Positions 27,691 to 39,700 of a DNA stretch of 64,000 bases are shown one piece after another. The notes under the pieces were generated by a model that saw only the letters and a list, made by a program, of their open reading frames with translations, did not search any database and had not been told where the DNA came from. The stretch covers positions 37,448,001-37,512,000 of the forward strand of contig CM126206.1 of the NCBI GenBank assembly GCA_052327205.1. Direction: 5' to 3'. The position numbers were made by a program, and so were the translations under genes. Within the stretch, counting starts at the first letter, position 1. The number at the start of each line of letters is the position of its first letter. This stretch comes from Somniosus microcephalus. Lineage: Eukaryota.

Positions 27691-28394
27691 TGACTCCAAC
27701 ATCAGTCCTGATTTTCCCATAGTTAGTTGCTATTGTTCTTGATTTTTCTTTTTTTTCTCTCTATCTGATGGATATTTGGAAAAGCTGAATCTGGTACATT
27801 AAGAAATTGAAGTTTGTGAGTTTCAAAAGGATCCCGATGGAATAAAACAACTCTTAAAAATCAATATAGTTTTGCAAAAGTCCACTAAGTATTCCAAAGT
27901 GTTTCATTTTTTCTTCTGTGCCAAGAGGTTAGGTTTCATATCATAGTCTGCACCTTGAGCACTGCTGTTCAAGTCATTGCATTGACATGTTGTGTACGTA
28001 TGGAGATTGCCCTTTCTGTTATTTTATGCAAGAGGCCAATTTCCTTCAGTAATTGTATGCAAGTTTCACTGGTTTTGCTGCATTGCACCCTCTTTTGGTT
28101 ATTTGACCCTAACCGCTCCAAGCTCTTCAGGCACTTCAAGCTCAAATTCTTGTACTGCTCTTGAGTTATTGCTCTAAGAGCATCGTGGCTGAATGACATT
28201 TGCACCATGACACTCCAGCCACAGGTGGCTAAATAAGTCTTCAGATCCGAAGAGTAGAGAAGATATTCTGTTTGGAATGCTCTGGCAGATTGTTTTTCAG
28301 CAACAATCAATGTTTCGTAATGGGATTACGGGCTTTCAATGTAATCCATAGTAGAAGCACAATACTGATAATGTTCAGCTATATAAAGCACACT

Positions 28395-28805
28395 GGTTAA
28401 GCAATGCCTCGATTTTAAAGTTCTCATCCTTGTTTTCAAATCACTCTATGGTCTCGCCTCTCCCTATCTCTGTAATCTCCTCCAGCCCTACATCCACCCA
28501 AGATCGCTGCGCTACACCAATTCTGGCCTCTTGAGCAGCCCCGATTTTAATCGCCCCACCATTGGTGGCCGTGCCTTCAGCTGCCTAGGCCCTAAGCTCT
28601 GGAATTCCCTCCCTAAGCCTCCCTGCTTCTCTACCTCTCTTTCTTCCTTTAAGATTCTCCTTAAAACCTACCTCTTTGACCAAGCTTTTGGTCATCTGCC
28701 CTAATATCTCCTTATGTGGTTCGGTGTCAAATTTTGTTTGCTAATGCTCCTGCGAAGCACCTTGGAATGCTTTACTACGTTAAAGGCGCTTGTTGTTGTT
28801 GTTGG
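28395..28805 (+). mobile_element. L2-type LINE 3' end
   Basis: ggccgtgccttcagctgcctaggccctaagctctggaattccctccc ... tactacgttaaaggcgc, ending in (ttg)n. Confidence 0.75.
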
Positions 28806-29174
28806 ATGACCAACAGTGAATTTCATGGCAATTATAAAACCAGATGACATAATCTGTTCTTGGTGGTTCTGATAGTAAGCACACAACTCACTGATCTGTG
28901 CTGAATTAGCTAATCTCAGATGGTAAATGTGCTACTTTGGTCCTCAAGCTCCTAGGCTAGGGAGGGGGAAAATCATTCGGGTTTCCTGTTCCTGATCACT
29001 AACTAATGACACTTGCTGAAAAGTTTACATGAGTGAACAACAGGTGAGACCAGAATTGCATTGGCTTGACTGTGAGCCCTCTCACAATTGGACAGCCTGC
29101 GAATAGTCATTGCCCAGCTTCATACAAGAGGAAAGGTTCCTTGGATTGGGTACCAGAGGGCAGCCTTTTTAAAA

Positions 29175-29648
29175 ATAATCATTCTTGGGATGTGGCATCG
29201 CTGGCAAGGCCAGCATTTATTGCCCATCCCTAGTTGCCCTTGAGAGGGTGGTGGTGAGCTGCCTTCTTGAACCACTGCAGTCCGTGTGGTGAAGGTACTC
29301 CCACAGTACTGTTAGGGAGGGAGTTCCAGGATTTTGACCCAGTGACGATGAAGGATCAGCGATATCTTTCCAGTCAGGATGGTGTGACTTGGAGGGAAAC
29401 TTGGAGGTGATGGTGTTCCCGTGCACCTGGTGCCCTTTCCTTCTAGGTGGTAGGGGTTGCGGGTTTGGGAGGTGCTGTCAAAGATGGGAGGTGTTGGGAG
29501 ATTTGCATCAATGTAATGAAATTTCTGCTTCATGGTAAATCAACATTAAAATGATAACTTGGTGTCAGATTGGTGTTCTGACTCCCAAAGTGCATTATAA
29601 GGAGGTTTGGGAGCTGTTGTCGAAGAAGCCTTGGCGAGTTGCTACAGT
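29175..29648 (-). mobile_element. LINE 3' fragment that is the integration target of the provirus (continues at 46404-46470)
   Basis: The joined flanks gccttggcgagttgcta-cagt-gcatcctgt match the reverse complement of the uninterrupted copy at ~27355-27390. Confidence 0.8.
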
Positions 29649-30817
29649 TGTAGGATTCGCAAAATTGAACATTGTCCTATAAGGGTCTATTGGCAGAAAA
29701 GGCCTTAATTTTTAAAGACTGTTTTAAAAGAAGCCCAGAAAAAGGGGCACACAAAATGGCCGCCAGAACCCGTGACCAGCTTTTTGGGACATTTTAAAAT
29801 GGTTCCTGCAGTCCACAGACAGCTTTTGTGGATTCAGCCCACAGTAAGTTCTGGAATGCAATTTCGGAGAATGCGAAACCAGACAGAACCCCATACATAT
29901 GGATTGGATGCAGATCCAATCAGATCGGCCTGTAGATAAAGGCCATCAAAATGTTTACCCAGACAAAGGGAAACAGCCTCAAGTTCAAAGGGGGACATCA
30001 AGACCCATTAAAGACAATACAAGGTCATTCCAGACCAGAGATGGCAGTTACCGGCCATCCGGAAAGTACTTTAAACACAATGACTACCCCTCTGTGCTAC
30101 AAGCCCGCCAAAATTTAAACAAAGACTAACCTTCATATGGCAGGAGATAAGGGCCTCCATGAGAAGTATAACTGAAGACCTGGGGTAGCCATTAGGTGTT
30201 CAAGTTCAGAGAGAGAGCAGTGCGGAAGAGCAAGAACAGCATTGTAGAGATAATTTTGGAGAGATCGTTCGGGGGTCCGAAGAAGGTGCAGTTCGGTTAG
30301 GAGTTCGGGTTCGGTAGAGAGGCTGTTCAGACTCGGAAGAAGAAGACGATTCGGTAGATGTTTGGGATTGGAGACGTTTTGAAGACTCAAACTGGGACTG
30401 GTGAGCATGTTTCTGGCCCCTCATAATCTAATTTAGCTAGGTTTAGGGGGTGGGCATTTTAGGGGATAATTAACAATGAGTTGCTATCCCTCGATGTTCC
30501 GTGTGTTTCCCTATTTCATGGTGAACCTTGTAAAGTATAATATGCCTGTGGATATATTGGTTAGTACTGTATTATGATTTGTTTTTCCCTCCCATGTACC
30601 TTATTGGCTTACATTCAATTTTTCCTTTATGCAATAAAATTTCACTTCATTTCATTAAACTTGGTCTACAGAGTATTCTCTGCATTGTAGTTCCTGCCTC
30701 AAAGTCCAATGTACAGAACCTAAGGGGTGAGTGGGTCAAACCACTCGGTAAATTACTGTGCAAAAGAGAGAGAGGTCTCACCAGAGAGAGAGCCCTGGCA
30801 AAAAAAAAAACCTTACA
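29649..30817 (+). repeat. 5' LTR (1169 bp)
   Basis: TG...CA termini, direct repeat of 40691-41605 plus 46153-46403, AATAAA at ~30633, GGTGAGT donor-like site at 30726. Confidence 0.95.
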
Positions 30818-30821
30818 GAAA

Positions 30822-32648
30822 ATGGCGACCGCGGCAGGACACTGGCAGCAGGATTGCAATGTATTAGACCCAGGTTTAAATGGACGAAATGTTATGGATG
30901 AGAGGATAGCGGATTATGTTTTTGGTAAGGTAAATCTCACTAAACAGTGGATTTCCGATCTCTTACTGGATGGGCATCCGGTAGACGCAGCCGTCAGGTG
31001 GACAGAGAGTAAAGAACATAAAAAGTCAGTAGAGAAGGCAGTGTGGCTGATGTGCTACAAAAGACAAGTCCAGATTTTGGACAGAGTCGTTGCAGCGCAG
31101 GCAGCCAAGACCAAAACCCAGGCATCAGAAATAGAGGAAAAGGCCATGGGTGGAGAAAAGCTGATCGCAACGCTTCACGCGCTGAATCAGGAATGTCAAA
31201 CTGTAGCCAGTCAACATCAGGCTAAAGTAGAGTACCTGGAATGCCAGGTTACTGAGGCAAAGATTCATGAAGCGAGAGTACGGGAGAAAAGCGCCCGCCT
31301 CGCACAACAGCTAAGAGTGCAGGAGGAGAAAGTAGTGGAGGTTAAGGCAACTTACAAGCTGGCCACCGAGCAGGGATTTGAAAGCAGAGACCACGGCCCC
31401 TGCCAGAAGGCTGTAGAAGACCTAAGAATGGCCCTGGCTAAGGCAAAAGGCATGCTGTGCCTAGTAAGCCTGAAGGAATCCAAAAAACCGATTCCACGTG
31501 AAGTAGTTGTGGCACCAGCCACTGAACCCTCAGCACCGCCGAGCTGTAGTGAGGTTTGGCCCAAAGGGGGGGTGGTAGAACAGGAGGAAGAACAACCCCC
31601 GGTAGTGAAGCCGGAGCCGGCACCAATGTGTCCTGCTCGGCACCGGAGGTACGGTCCCGCCGCCGCAAATGGCGATGACGGACCCCTCCAGAACCATCTC
31701 ATACTGCCCCACAGTGCCCAACAAATCAGAGCGATGGTGAGCCACCTCCCAAAACTCTCCGAGAAGGGAGATCCCTCAGTCCATTTCAGGGAGATAGAGC
31801 AGACAGCCGCCATCAATGACTGCGATGGTCCAGGGCAGGCTAAGATGTTGCTATTCTCCCTGGATAGCACAATCCTTCAGTGCCTCTCAGACGGGAGTAA
31901 GAGGGGGCAGAAAGGGTATGAGGAACTCTGGGACGAGGCCCTGGAGGTTACGGGAGTGGACGACGGCAACCCGTTCCTCCGTGTGGAAGGGACTAAGCAG
32001 CTAACTGGAGAGCCCCCACGGGTTTTCGCAGAAAGGCTGTGGCCAGTGTATTGGCGCAGCTGTCCGGGCATGCCTGAACGGGCTGCAATGAACGATGTCC
32101 AGCGGGTTTATTGGCTCCGCTGCCTGGTTGCCAACAGCTTACCACAGGTACAGGCCCAAGCCAAATCTTGGTTTGACCCCCAAGGTCCCGGTACCACAGA
32201 GGAGACAGTGCTCCGACAGCTCACCATTGCATATAAGAATTGCAGGGGTCAGGAGGCACCTACCTCTAAGGGAAAAGTGCATGAGGCAAAACCCGCAGCC
32301 CCAAGTAAAAAGGAGTGGCATCAGGAAGGGAATTGCCCTCCCCAGGCCAAGCTCAATTGCTACGGGTGTGGGAAGGATAGACATTGGCGCAGGGACTGTA
32401 AAAATCCGTGAAAGGATAATAAGGGAAAATCTCCCGCAGCCCAAGCCCAAGCCCAGACCGCCGCCCCAGCACGAGTCCAGGTCCAAGCCGCAGCCCCTGT
32501 CCCAGGAAAAGGAGCCGGTGCAGCTATAGATCCCGCTGCGATAGAATCAATTTTAGAGATAATGCGGTCTCTTATGATCTCACAGGGGAAGATAGCAGTC
32601 ACCACCGGTCCCGTCGTTCCCGCGGCCCCGACCGCTCTACCCCAATGA
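30822..32648 (+). pseudogene. gag: Gag (coiled coil, capsid with MHR-like motif, CCHC knuckle) with one internal stop at 32409
   Basis: Heptad-rich region, KQLTGEPPRVFAERL, CYGCGKDRHWRRDC. The frame stays open after TGA 32409 through an Ala/Pro-rich tail to TGA 32646. Confidence 0.85.
30823..30840 (+). promoter_or_regulatory. Primer-binding site, tRNA-Arg(UCG)
   Basis: TGGCGACCGCGGCAGGAC is the reverse complement of ...GTCCTGCCGCGGTCG-CCA, the vertebrate tRNA-Arg(TCG) 3' end as I recall it. Located 5 nt after the LTR. Confidence 0.85.
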
Positions 32649-33361
32649 CTAGAGCCAGCGCAGCCCGTTTACCTGTGTTCGTTGCAATATGATTTATGGA
32701 GGCGACCCCTCGTGGAGATGGAGGTAGAGAAGGTAAAAGGGACCTATCTGTTGGATACGGGGGCATTGTGCACCGTGATCCACACGGCTAACCCTACCAC
32801 CTCACCTCTGTCCACATGGGTTCTATATATTCTGTCGGGCTCCACGGGCAAAGAACAGGCTGGCGCATTCTCCATCCCCCTCTCCATTCATTTAGGACCA
32901 CTCTGCACCACGTGAAAGTGTGTACTGATGAAGTGGGAGGTGGAGGGTGGAAAAGGGATCTTGGGTCCGATTTCTTAGTAGAACACGGGATCCTTGTGGA
33001 TCTTAGAAATCGCTGTCTCTGGGGAACGAGTACGGGTAAGAAAGGCAGAAAGGGTTCCAAGGTAAACCCAAAGAAGGCACGGATCGGCCAGCAGGAAGTA
33101 AAATTCCTGGGTCTGACCATCCGCGCTGGAGAGAGAGCCATAGACAAGGCTAGACGGGAACCGGTGCAAGACCCACCAGTCCCCACCACCTACGCAGTGA
33201 AGTTGCCCCGGCGCACTAAATGGTTTCACGTAAACCAGTGCAAACTATTTAAGCTGGGAGCAAAAGAGCCAACAACCGAAGCCAGGTCTGAGGGTAAAAA
33301 TCCTCAGCCTGAGGCGTGCAAAAGTCACAGACCACACAGGCTGGCGCCGCAGCCTGCTTGA
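32649..33361 (+). pseudogene. pol: Protease plus internally deleted pol (RT primer-grip/thumb fragment fused to the integrase C-terminal domain)
   Basis: YLLDTGA and ILGSDFL (with a stop and a 1-nt frameshift), then KVNPKKARIGQQEVKFLG, then TYAVKLPRRTKWFHVNQCK. No YxDD, RNase H or DDE core. Confidence 0.85.
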
Positions 33362-33954
33362 GGGGAGGAGCTATCCCGCTTACCTGGGAGGTTTCCCCAT
33401 TGGCCTGGGACTCGGACAAGGAAGAGCCTGAAGACCAAGGCCCTCCCCCTGACCCGAGCACAGTTAGGGGGGAGCCCGAACAGCTAGGCCCCGCCCCTGA
33501 CACGATTCTGGAGGAGGTGAAGTCGGAGGACGGAGGTCCCGCCCTCGGCTCAAGCTTAGGGGAGGTAGAACTTGGGGGTGGAGATTCTCCACCTGTAGGG
33601 ACAGGTAGGGAGGAGTCGTCTGTCACAGACCCAAATCCCAAAGGGGCGGAGTCTGAGGGAAGGGAGCTGAAGCCGATAGTCGTGGAGAAGCCATGGGCTG
33701 TGAGGGCTAAAGTCCCAACCAAAGGTCCACTCGCAAAGGGAGCCTCGCCCGAAGTACCCCCTCGCAGGTCGTCTCGGACGCCTCAGCCAATAAAACTCTG
33801 GCCAGATTCCCCCTACTTCAGCAGACACCGACTTGGGAAATCCCTAGAAAGACGCAGTCCCCAATTGGCAGCAAAAGGCTGCGGGGGACTCAAGCTACAG
33901 GTCAGTGCAGCCCCGCCACAGGGAGCGGTGAGCTGCAGTCCGAACGGGGATTAG
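33316..33954 (+). CDS. Pro/Glu/Gly-rich ORF between IN and env: disordered integrase tail or accessory protein
   Basis: 212 open codons containing PPRRSSRTPQP, which resembles RRSxR tails of LTR-element integrases. Confidence 0.4.
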   Translation: MQKSQTTQAGAAACLRGGAIPLTWEVSPLAWDSDKEEPEDQGPPPDPSTVRGEPEQLGPAPDTILEEVKSEDGGPALGSSLGEVELGGGDSPPVGTGREESSVTDPNPKGAESEGRELKPIVVEKPWAVRAKVPTKGPLAKGASPEVPPRRSSRTPQPIKLWPDSPYFSRHRLGKSLERRSPQLAAKGCGGLKLQVSAAPPQGAVSCSPNGD

Positions 33955-34194
33955 GCAGGCCGCCCGGGGACGGGCGGCACTGTACATAAGTTTAGTTAAG
34001 TTTAAGTTTGGTTAAGTATAAGGTGTGTAAATTTTTAAGGTGATGGGTGTTATAAGAAATAGTTTTAGAATCTGCCCAGCATGTGTGTTTGTTTTGGATC
34101 GAGGTCGAAAGACCCGATCATGCCTTCACCTAGGCCAGAATCTCTCGGGAGCCTGGCTGTATCGTTTTAATCTGTTGCAGGAACCAAAGGTACC

Positions 34195-36542
34195 ATGGAG
34201 AGGATTCTCATCGTGTTCGCGGTGATCGGGTGTAGCTTGGCCTATCGGGGCTACACCAAGGACTCCATCGTGTATGGATGCTCCGGGGACACAGCCCCAT
34301 CGCGACTGATGGGACAGGTGAACGGGACGTTGAGGAAACAGCCACCTACTTCCACGAAGGGAGGTGGCCAGGATGGCTGGGGTCGAACTCTACGGAATAC
34401 TCCAGCCAGTCCGGGTTTGCATACGGAGAGACATCTCTAATGTGTCCCAGGGTGAGGATCATCGCGCCCAAGGTCAGCGTCACCGTCAGGAGGAAGATTT
34501 GTTTAGTATGCAACGGACATGTTCCTTTGGACAGATGGTGGTGGCTTCGGAAGCTGAGTAAGACCATGAAAAACTCCACGGTCGAGTGGGAGCGACTGGG
34601 TAACAATACCCATCAGACTATTATGGGGACTCATGGGGGATTGAGTGTCTGTTGGGACAAATGATGGGAACCAGATGAGGGGATTTGTATCTGCATGTGG
34701 GGTTCAGAATGCGTCTGCCCCACAGGCGTCTCCATCTTTTTCCAGAGACAGTGGCAGGATGCTGGGAAAGGGATGAGGTGGGACATCAGCACGCAGGCGT
34801 GCGGAGTCCCATGCTCTCCGATCCCGGTGAATGCCACTGAGCTCATCACCCACCCCCGCAAGCCCCTGCCCACGATTCCGGTAGCCAAAGCCCGCAAGGA
34901 AGGGTGCCCCGCCACTACCAAGGGACCCGGGAACGGACTGGTATTGGTACCCACAGGTCAGGTGCTGTACCAAGGGGTGCACTACATGGTAGCCTCGGTG
35001 ATTTTAAACCTCACCGAGGTGCGATTGCCAGAGTGGTGCCCCAAGGAAACGGAGCAATTGTACCAGGTCCTGTTAACAAATATGTTCAGACAATTTTATG
35101 AGTTCGACTTTGCCGATGTCGAAAGAGCCGGATTGTACACCACACCACATGAGGTCTTGGACAGGGTAGGGAGACAAAGAAGGGGTACAGTGAATGATAT
35201 TTTTACCGCCTTTAACTCAGGGACTTCTGTCATCAACACTCTGGATGATGTGGAGCTGCAGTCCCAGATCAATGGTTTAAAAGCGTGGTTAAGAAAGATA
35301 CTGACGGACGGGAATAAGGTAGTGGGTTCTGAGTTACATGAGGACCAGGCCATGACACTACACTTAAAAGAAATCATAGCTGAGCTGGAGAAACACGCTA
35401 AAACGGTAAATGCTCTCATCAGAGAGGATCGGAATGCGTCAGATCAGGCTGCGCAGAACGAGGCATACGTGCTGTATGGGGCGTGGTTACTGGGCGAGGG
35501 CAGCAGTAATCTGGAGGATTTAAAACAAGGTTTGGTCCCCTCCTGGATCAGCAATAAGCACCTCGCAGCCCTCCACCCTTTTGAGAATGCATTAAGTCTG
35601 TGCCAGCTCAGATTAGCTTCAGAGGCCTACCCAGTCCCAGTGGACTGTGGGCGGTCTAATCACACCATTATGGGTATAGTGGTAAGAATGCCGGTTATGG
35701 GAAAGACAGCTAAACCCGCCCGGTATACAGGGTGGAGAACATTGGAGTCATTCAAGGGGGTGCACACATTCGCTACACAGCGGTCCCACCTTACATCATT
35801 CGATGGGAGCATGCAATGATGGGTACCAACCTCTCGGGGTGCTGGAGCCGGGGACCACACATCATCCTGTGTCCCCAGCAATTGAATGCCTATTCGAAAC
35901 CACAGTGCGGGTTCAGAACTGCTGGTGCGAAGCCTATAAATTGCACCATGGAGGCAATGGCACAAAGCCATGTGCCCCCGCAGGTGGCATATATAGGAGG
36001 TGGGACATACTGTGTCACCACTGCAGCGCCCCACTACCAACATGGACAGCGGCTGGTGTCCGGTCAGTGACAGCAGTTTCTGCTTCAAACCCAAGGCAGA
36101 AGTTCAAGTGGCCCAAGAGCGAATTGTCCCTATTCCTGAACCTTCCACTGTTCACCTCACTGTCAAAGAAAATTTCACCGATCTGCAACGATTCGTTGCA
36201 CATTTTGGCTACGTCATTCCCCCTCTCCCTGAACACCTCACCAAGATACTAAAAGCCGTTGCCTTTTCACAGAAACATTTTTACAAGCTGGAGCAGAAGA
36301 CATTAGAAATAGGGGCAGACATATTAGATATAGTGAGCCAACAGTGGTGGGACCTGTTCACTAATATAGAAGTCCCTTCATGGATTAGGATAGCCTCCCA
36401 CATCCTCATAGTATGTCAGATTTTTATTGTGATTTATTTACTCTTTGTACATTGTAAGAGGGACAAACGTTTCCAGAAGTATGAGAACAGAGGAGAATGG
36501 AGGGAGCATTATGTGCGGGTAGACGAGGAGACACCCATTTAA
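34195..36542 (+). pseudogene. env: Envelope glycoprotein, class I F-type fusogen-like (~780 aa reconstructed; ~3 frameshifts and 1 stop)
   Basis: Splice acceptor ttttaatctgttgcAG at 34180, signal peptide MERILIVFAVIGCSLA, furin site RQRR (35172-83), heptad region, Cys-rich domain, WWDLF, TM ILIVCQIFIVIYLLFV and a short tail. Confidence 0.85.
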
Positions 36543-36784
36543 ATTTTGCTGCTATGTATAGAGTTAGAGTTTCCCTCCCTCCTCTATTTTTGATAGTATT
36601 CATTTGTGATTTTGTGTGTATTTTTCTTCCTTTATTATTTTTATTGAAGTTTACTATGTGTGTCGTTATTAATAAAAGATAATATGTATGAACCAGGTGG
36701 TGTAGGGGTATTAGGCCCCCCTCCATGCCTGGAAATCTGTGTGTCAGATTTTAACTCCAATGTATTGCCATCTATAGATGCTTA

Positions 36785-39700
36785 ATGTACACTGTTCACG
36801 AGTTGTTCACGCCTCAGGGTAGGGCTGCACAGGGGGTGACCATCAGGCGGAGCAACAGAGGCAGGCAGGAAGTGCAGGGAACCCCTGCGGACATCCCCCT
36901 TTCAAACAGGTATACCAAGTTGGATACTGTTGAGGGGGATGACTCACCAGGGGAAGGCAGCAGCAGCCAGCTTCCTGGCACCAGGGATGCTTCTGCTGCT
37001 CAGGAAGGGAGGAAAAAGAGTGGGAGAGCAATAGTGGTAGGGGATTCTATCGTAAGGGGAACAGATAGGTGTTTCTGTGGCTGCAAACGTGACTCCAGGA
37101 TGGTTTGTTGCCTCCCTGGGGCCAGGGTCATGGATGTCACTGAGCAGCTACAGGGCATTCTTAAGGGGGAGGGTGAGCAGGCAGAGGTCGTGGTCCACAT
37201 TGGGACCAACGACATAGGTAGGAAGGGGGATGAGGTCCTGCATCAAGAATTTAGGGAGCTAGGTAACAGATTAAAGGGCAGGACCTCAAAGGTTGTAATC
37301 TCTGGATTACTCCCAGTGCCACGTGCTAGTGAGTATAGGAATAGGAGGATAGTGCAGAAGAATGCGTGGCTAAAGAGTTGGTGTAGGAGGGAGGGTTTTA
37401 GTTTCCTGGATCACTGGGCCTGCTTCTGGGAAAGGTGGGACTTGTACAAGTCGGACGGGTTGCACCTGAACCAGAGCGGGACAAATATCCTTGCGGGGAG
37501 GTTTGCTAGCACTGTTGGGGGGGGGTTTAAACTAACTTGGCAGGGGGATGGGATACAGAGGGGAGCTGAAATAGGGGGTGATGTGCTGCCAATTATAGAG
37601 AAAAAAACAAGTCAGCTTGGTAGACAGGGCAAATATATAAGGGCAAGGCTGGATGGCATCTATTTTAATGCAAGGAGTCTTGCAAATAAGGTGGATGAAC
37701 TGAAGGTGTTGATAAACACATGGGAGTATGATATTGTTGCTATCACGGAGACATGGTTGAGGGAGGGGCAAGACTGGCAGCTCAATATTCCGGGGTACAG
37801 AATCTTCAGGCGAGACAGAGGGGGAGGTAAAAGAGGAGGGGGTGTCGCAATATTAATTAAGGAGTCAATTACTGCAGTAAGGAGGGATGATATATTAGCA
37901 GGTTCCTCTAATGAGGCCATATGGGTGGAGCTTAAAAACAAAAAGGGGGCAAGCACTTTGCTGGGAGTGTACTATAGGCCTCCAAACAGTCAGGGGGAGA
38001 TAGAGGAACAGATATGTAGGCAAATCTCAGAGAAACGTGCAAATAATAGGGTAATAATAATGGGGGATTTCAACTTCCCCAATATTAACTGGGATAGTCA
38101 AAGTGTGAAAGGCTCAGAGGGTGTAGAATTCTTAAAGTGCATCCAGGAGAGCTTTTTGAGCCAGCGTGTAGAAAGTCCTACAAGAGAGGGGGCAGTACTG
38201 GACCTAATTCTAGGGAATGTGGCCGGCCAAGTGGAAAAAGTGCTAGTAGGTGAGCACTTTGGTGACAGTGACCATAATATGGTGAGATTTAAGGTGGTCA
38301 TGGAAAAGGACAGGGATGGGCCGGAAATAAAGGTTCTAAATTGGGGGAAGGCCAATTTTAATAGGATAAGGCAGGATCTGGCCAAAATGGACTGGGATCA
38401 GCTACTTGTAGGAAAATCCGCATCGGAGCAATGGGAGACTTTCAGAAGGGAGATTGAGATCATACAATGGCAACATGTTCCCGTAAAGGTCAAGGGTGGT
38501 TCCAAAAACCACAGGGAACCTTGGATGTCAGGGGATATACGAGAATGGATTAGGAAAAAAAGGAGGGCTTTTGGCAGATACAAAAGGCTAAAGACGGAGG
38601 AAGCCCTAGAGGAGTACAAAAAGTGCAGGGGGATAATTAAAAAAGAAATTAGGAGATCAAGGAGGGGCCATGAAATAACATTGGCGAGCAAAATAAAGGA
38701 AAATCCTAAGATGTTTTATAAGTATATTAAGGGTAAGAGGATAACTAGGGAAAAAATAGGGCCCATTAGGGACAAAAGTGGCAATCTGTGTGTGGAGCCG
38801 GAAGATGTAGGAGGGGTTCTAAATGAATTTTTTGCATCTGTTTTCACTATGGAGGAGGACGATGTAGACATAGAAATAGAGTGGGGGGACTGTGATATGC
38901 TCGAACATATTAACATCGAGAGGGAGGAGGTATTGGCGGTTTTAGCAGGCCTAAAAATGGATAAATCCCCAGGCCCGGATGAAATGTATCCCAGGCTGCT
39001 GTGTGAGGCAAAGGAAGAGATTGCGGGGGCTCTAACACATATATTCAGGACCTCTCTGGCCACAGGGGATGTGCCAGAGGACTGGAGAACTGCTAATGTA
39101 GTAACATTATTCAAGAAGGGAAGTAGGGAAAAACCGGGGAACTACAGGCCAGTGAGCCTAACATCAGTGGTAGGACAATTATTGGAAAAAATTCTGAGGG
39201 ACAAAATTAGTCTCCACTTGGAGAGACAAGGATTAATCAGGGATAGTCAGCATGGCTTTGTCAAGGGAAGATCATGTCTGACTAATTTGATTGAATTTTT
39301 TGAGGGGGTGACCAGGTGTGCGGATGAGGGTAACGCAGTGGATGTGGTATACATGGATTTCAGTAAGGCCTTCGATAAAGTCCCGCACAGGAGACTGGTC
39401 AAGAAGGTAAGAGCCCATGGAATCCAGGGTGCCTTGGCACATTGGATACAAAACTGGCTTAGTGGCAGAAGGCAGAGGGTGATGGTCGAAGGTTGTTTTT
39501 GTGACTGGAAGCCTGTGGCCAGTGGGGTGCCACAGGGATCGGTGCTGGGTCCCTTGCTGTTTGTGGTCTACATTAATGACTTGGATATGAATGTAAAAGG
39601 TATGATCAGTAAGTTCGCGGATGATACAAAAATTGGTAGGGTGGTAAATAGCGAGGAGGGTAGCCTCAGTCCACAGGACGATATAGATGGGTTGGTCAGA

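Noticed and set aside
22884-28395. Shared ~30-bp gataatgttcagctatataaag at ~22893 and ~28367
   Set aside because: Resembles a decayed CR1 RT segment (VMLQLYK); too short to support a separate element.
30579-30821. N-terminal 81 aa of the 610-aa ORF
   Set aside because: Lies within the LTR and starts at a non-AUG codon; gag more plausibly starts at 30822 or 30894.
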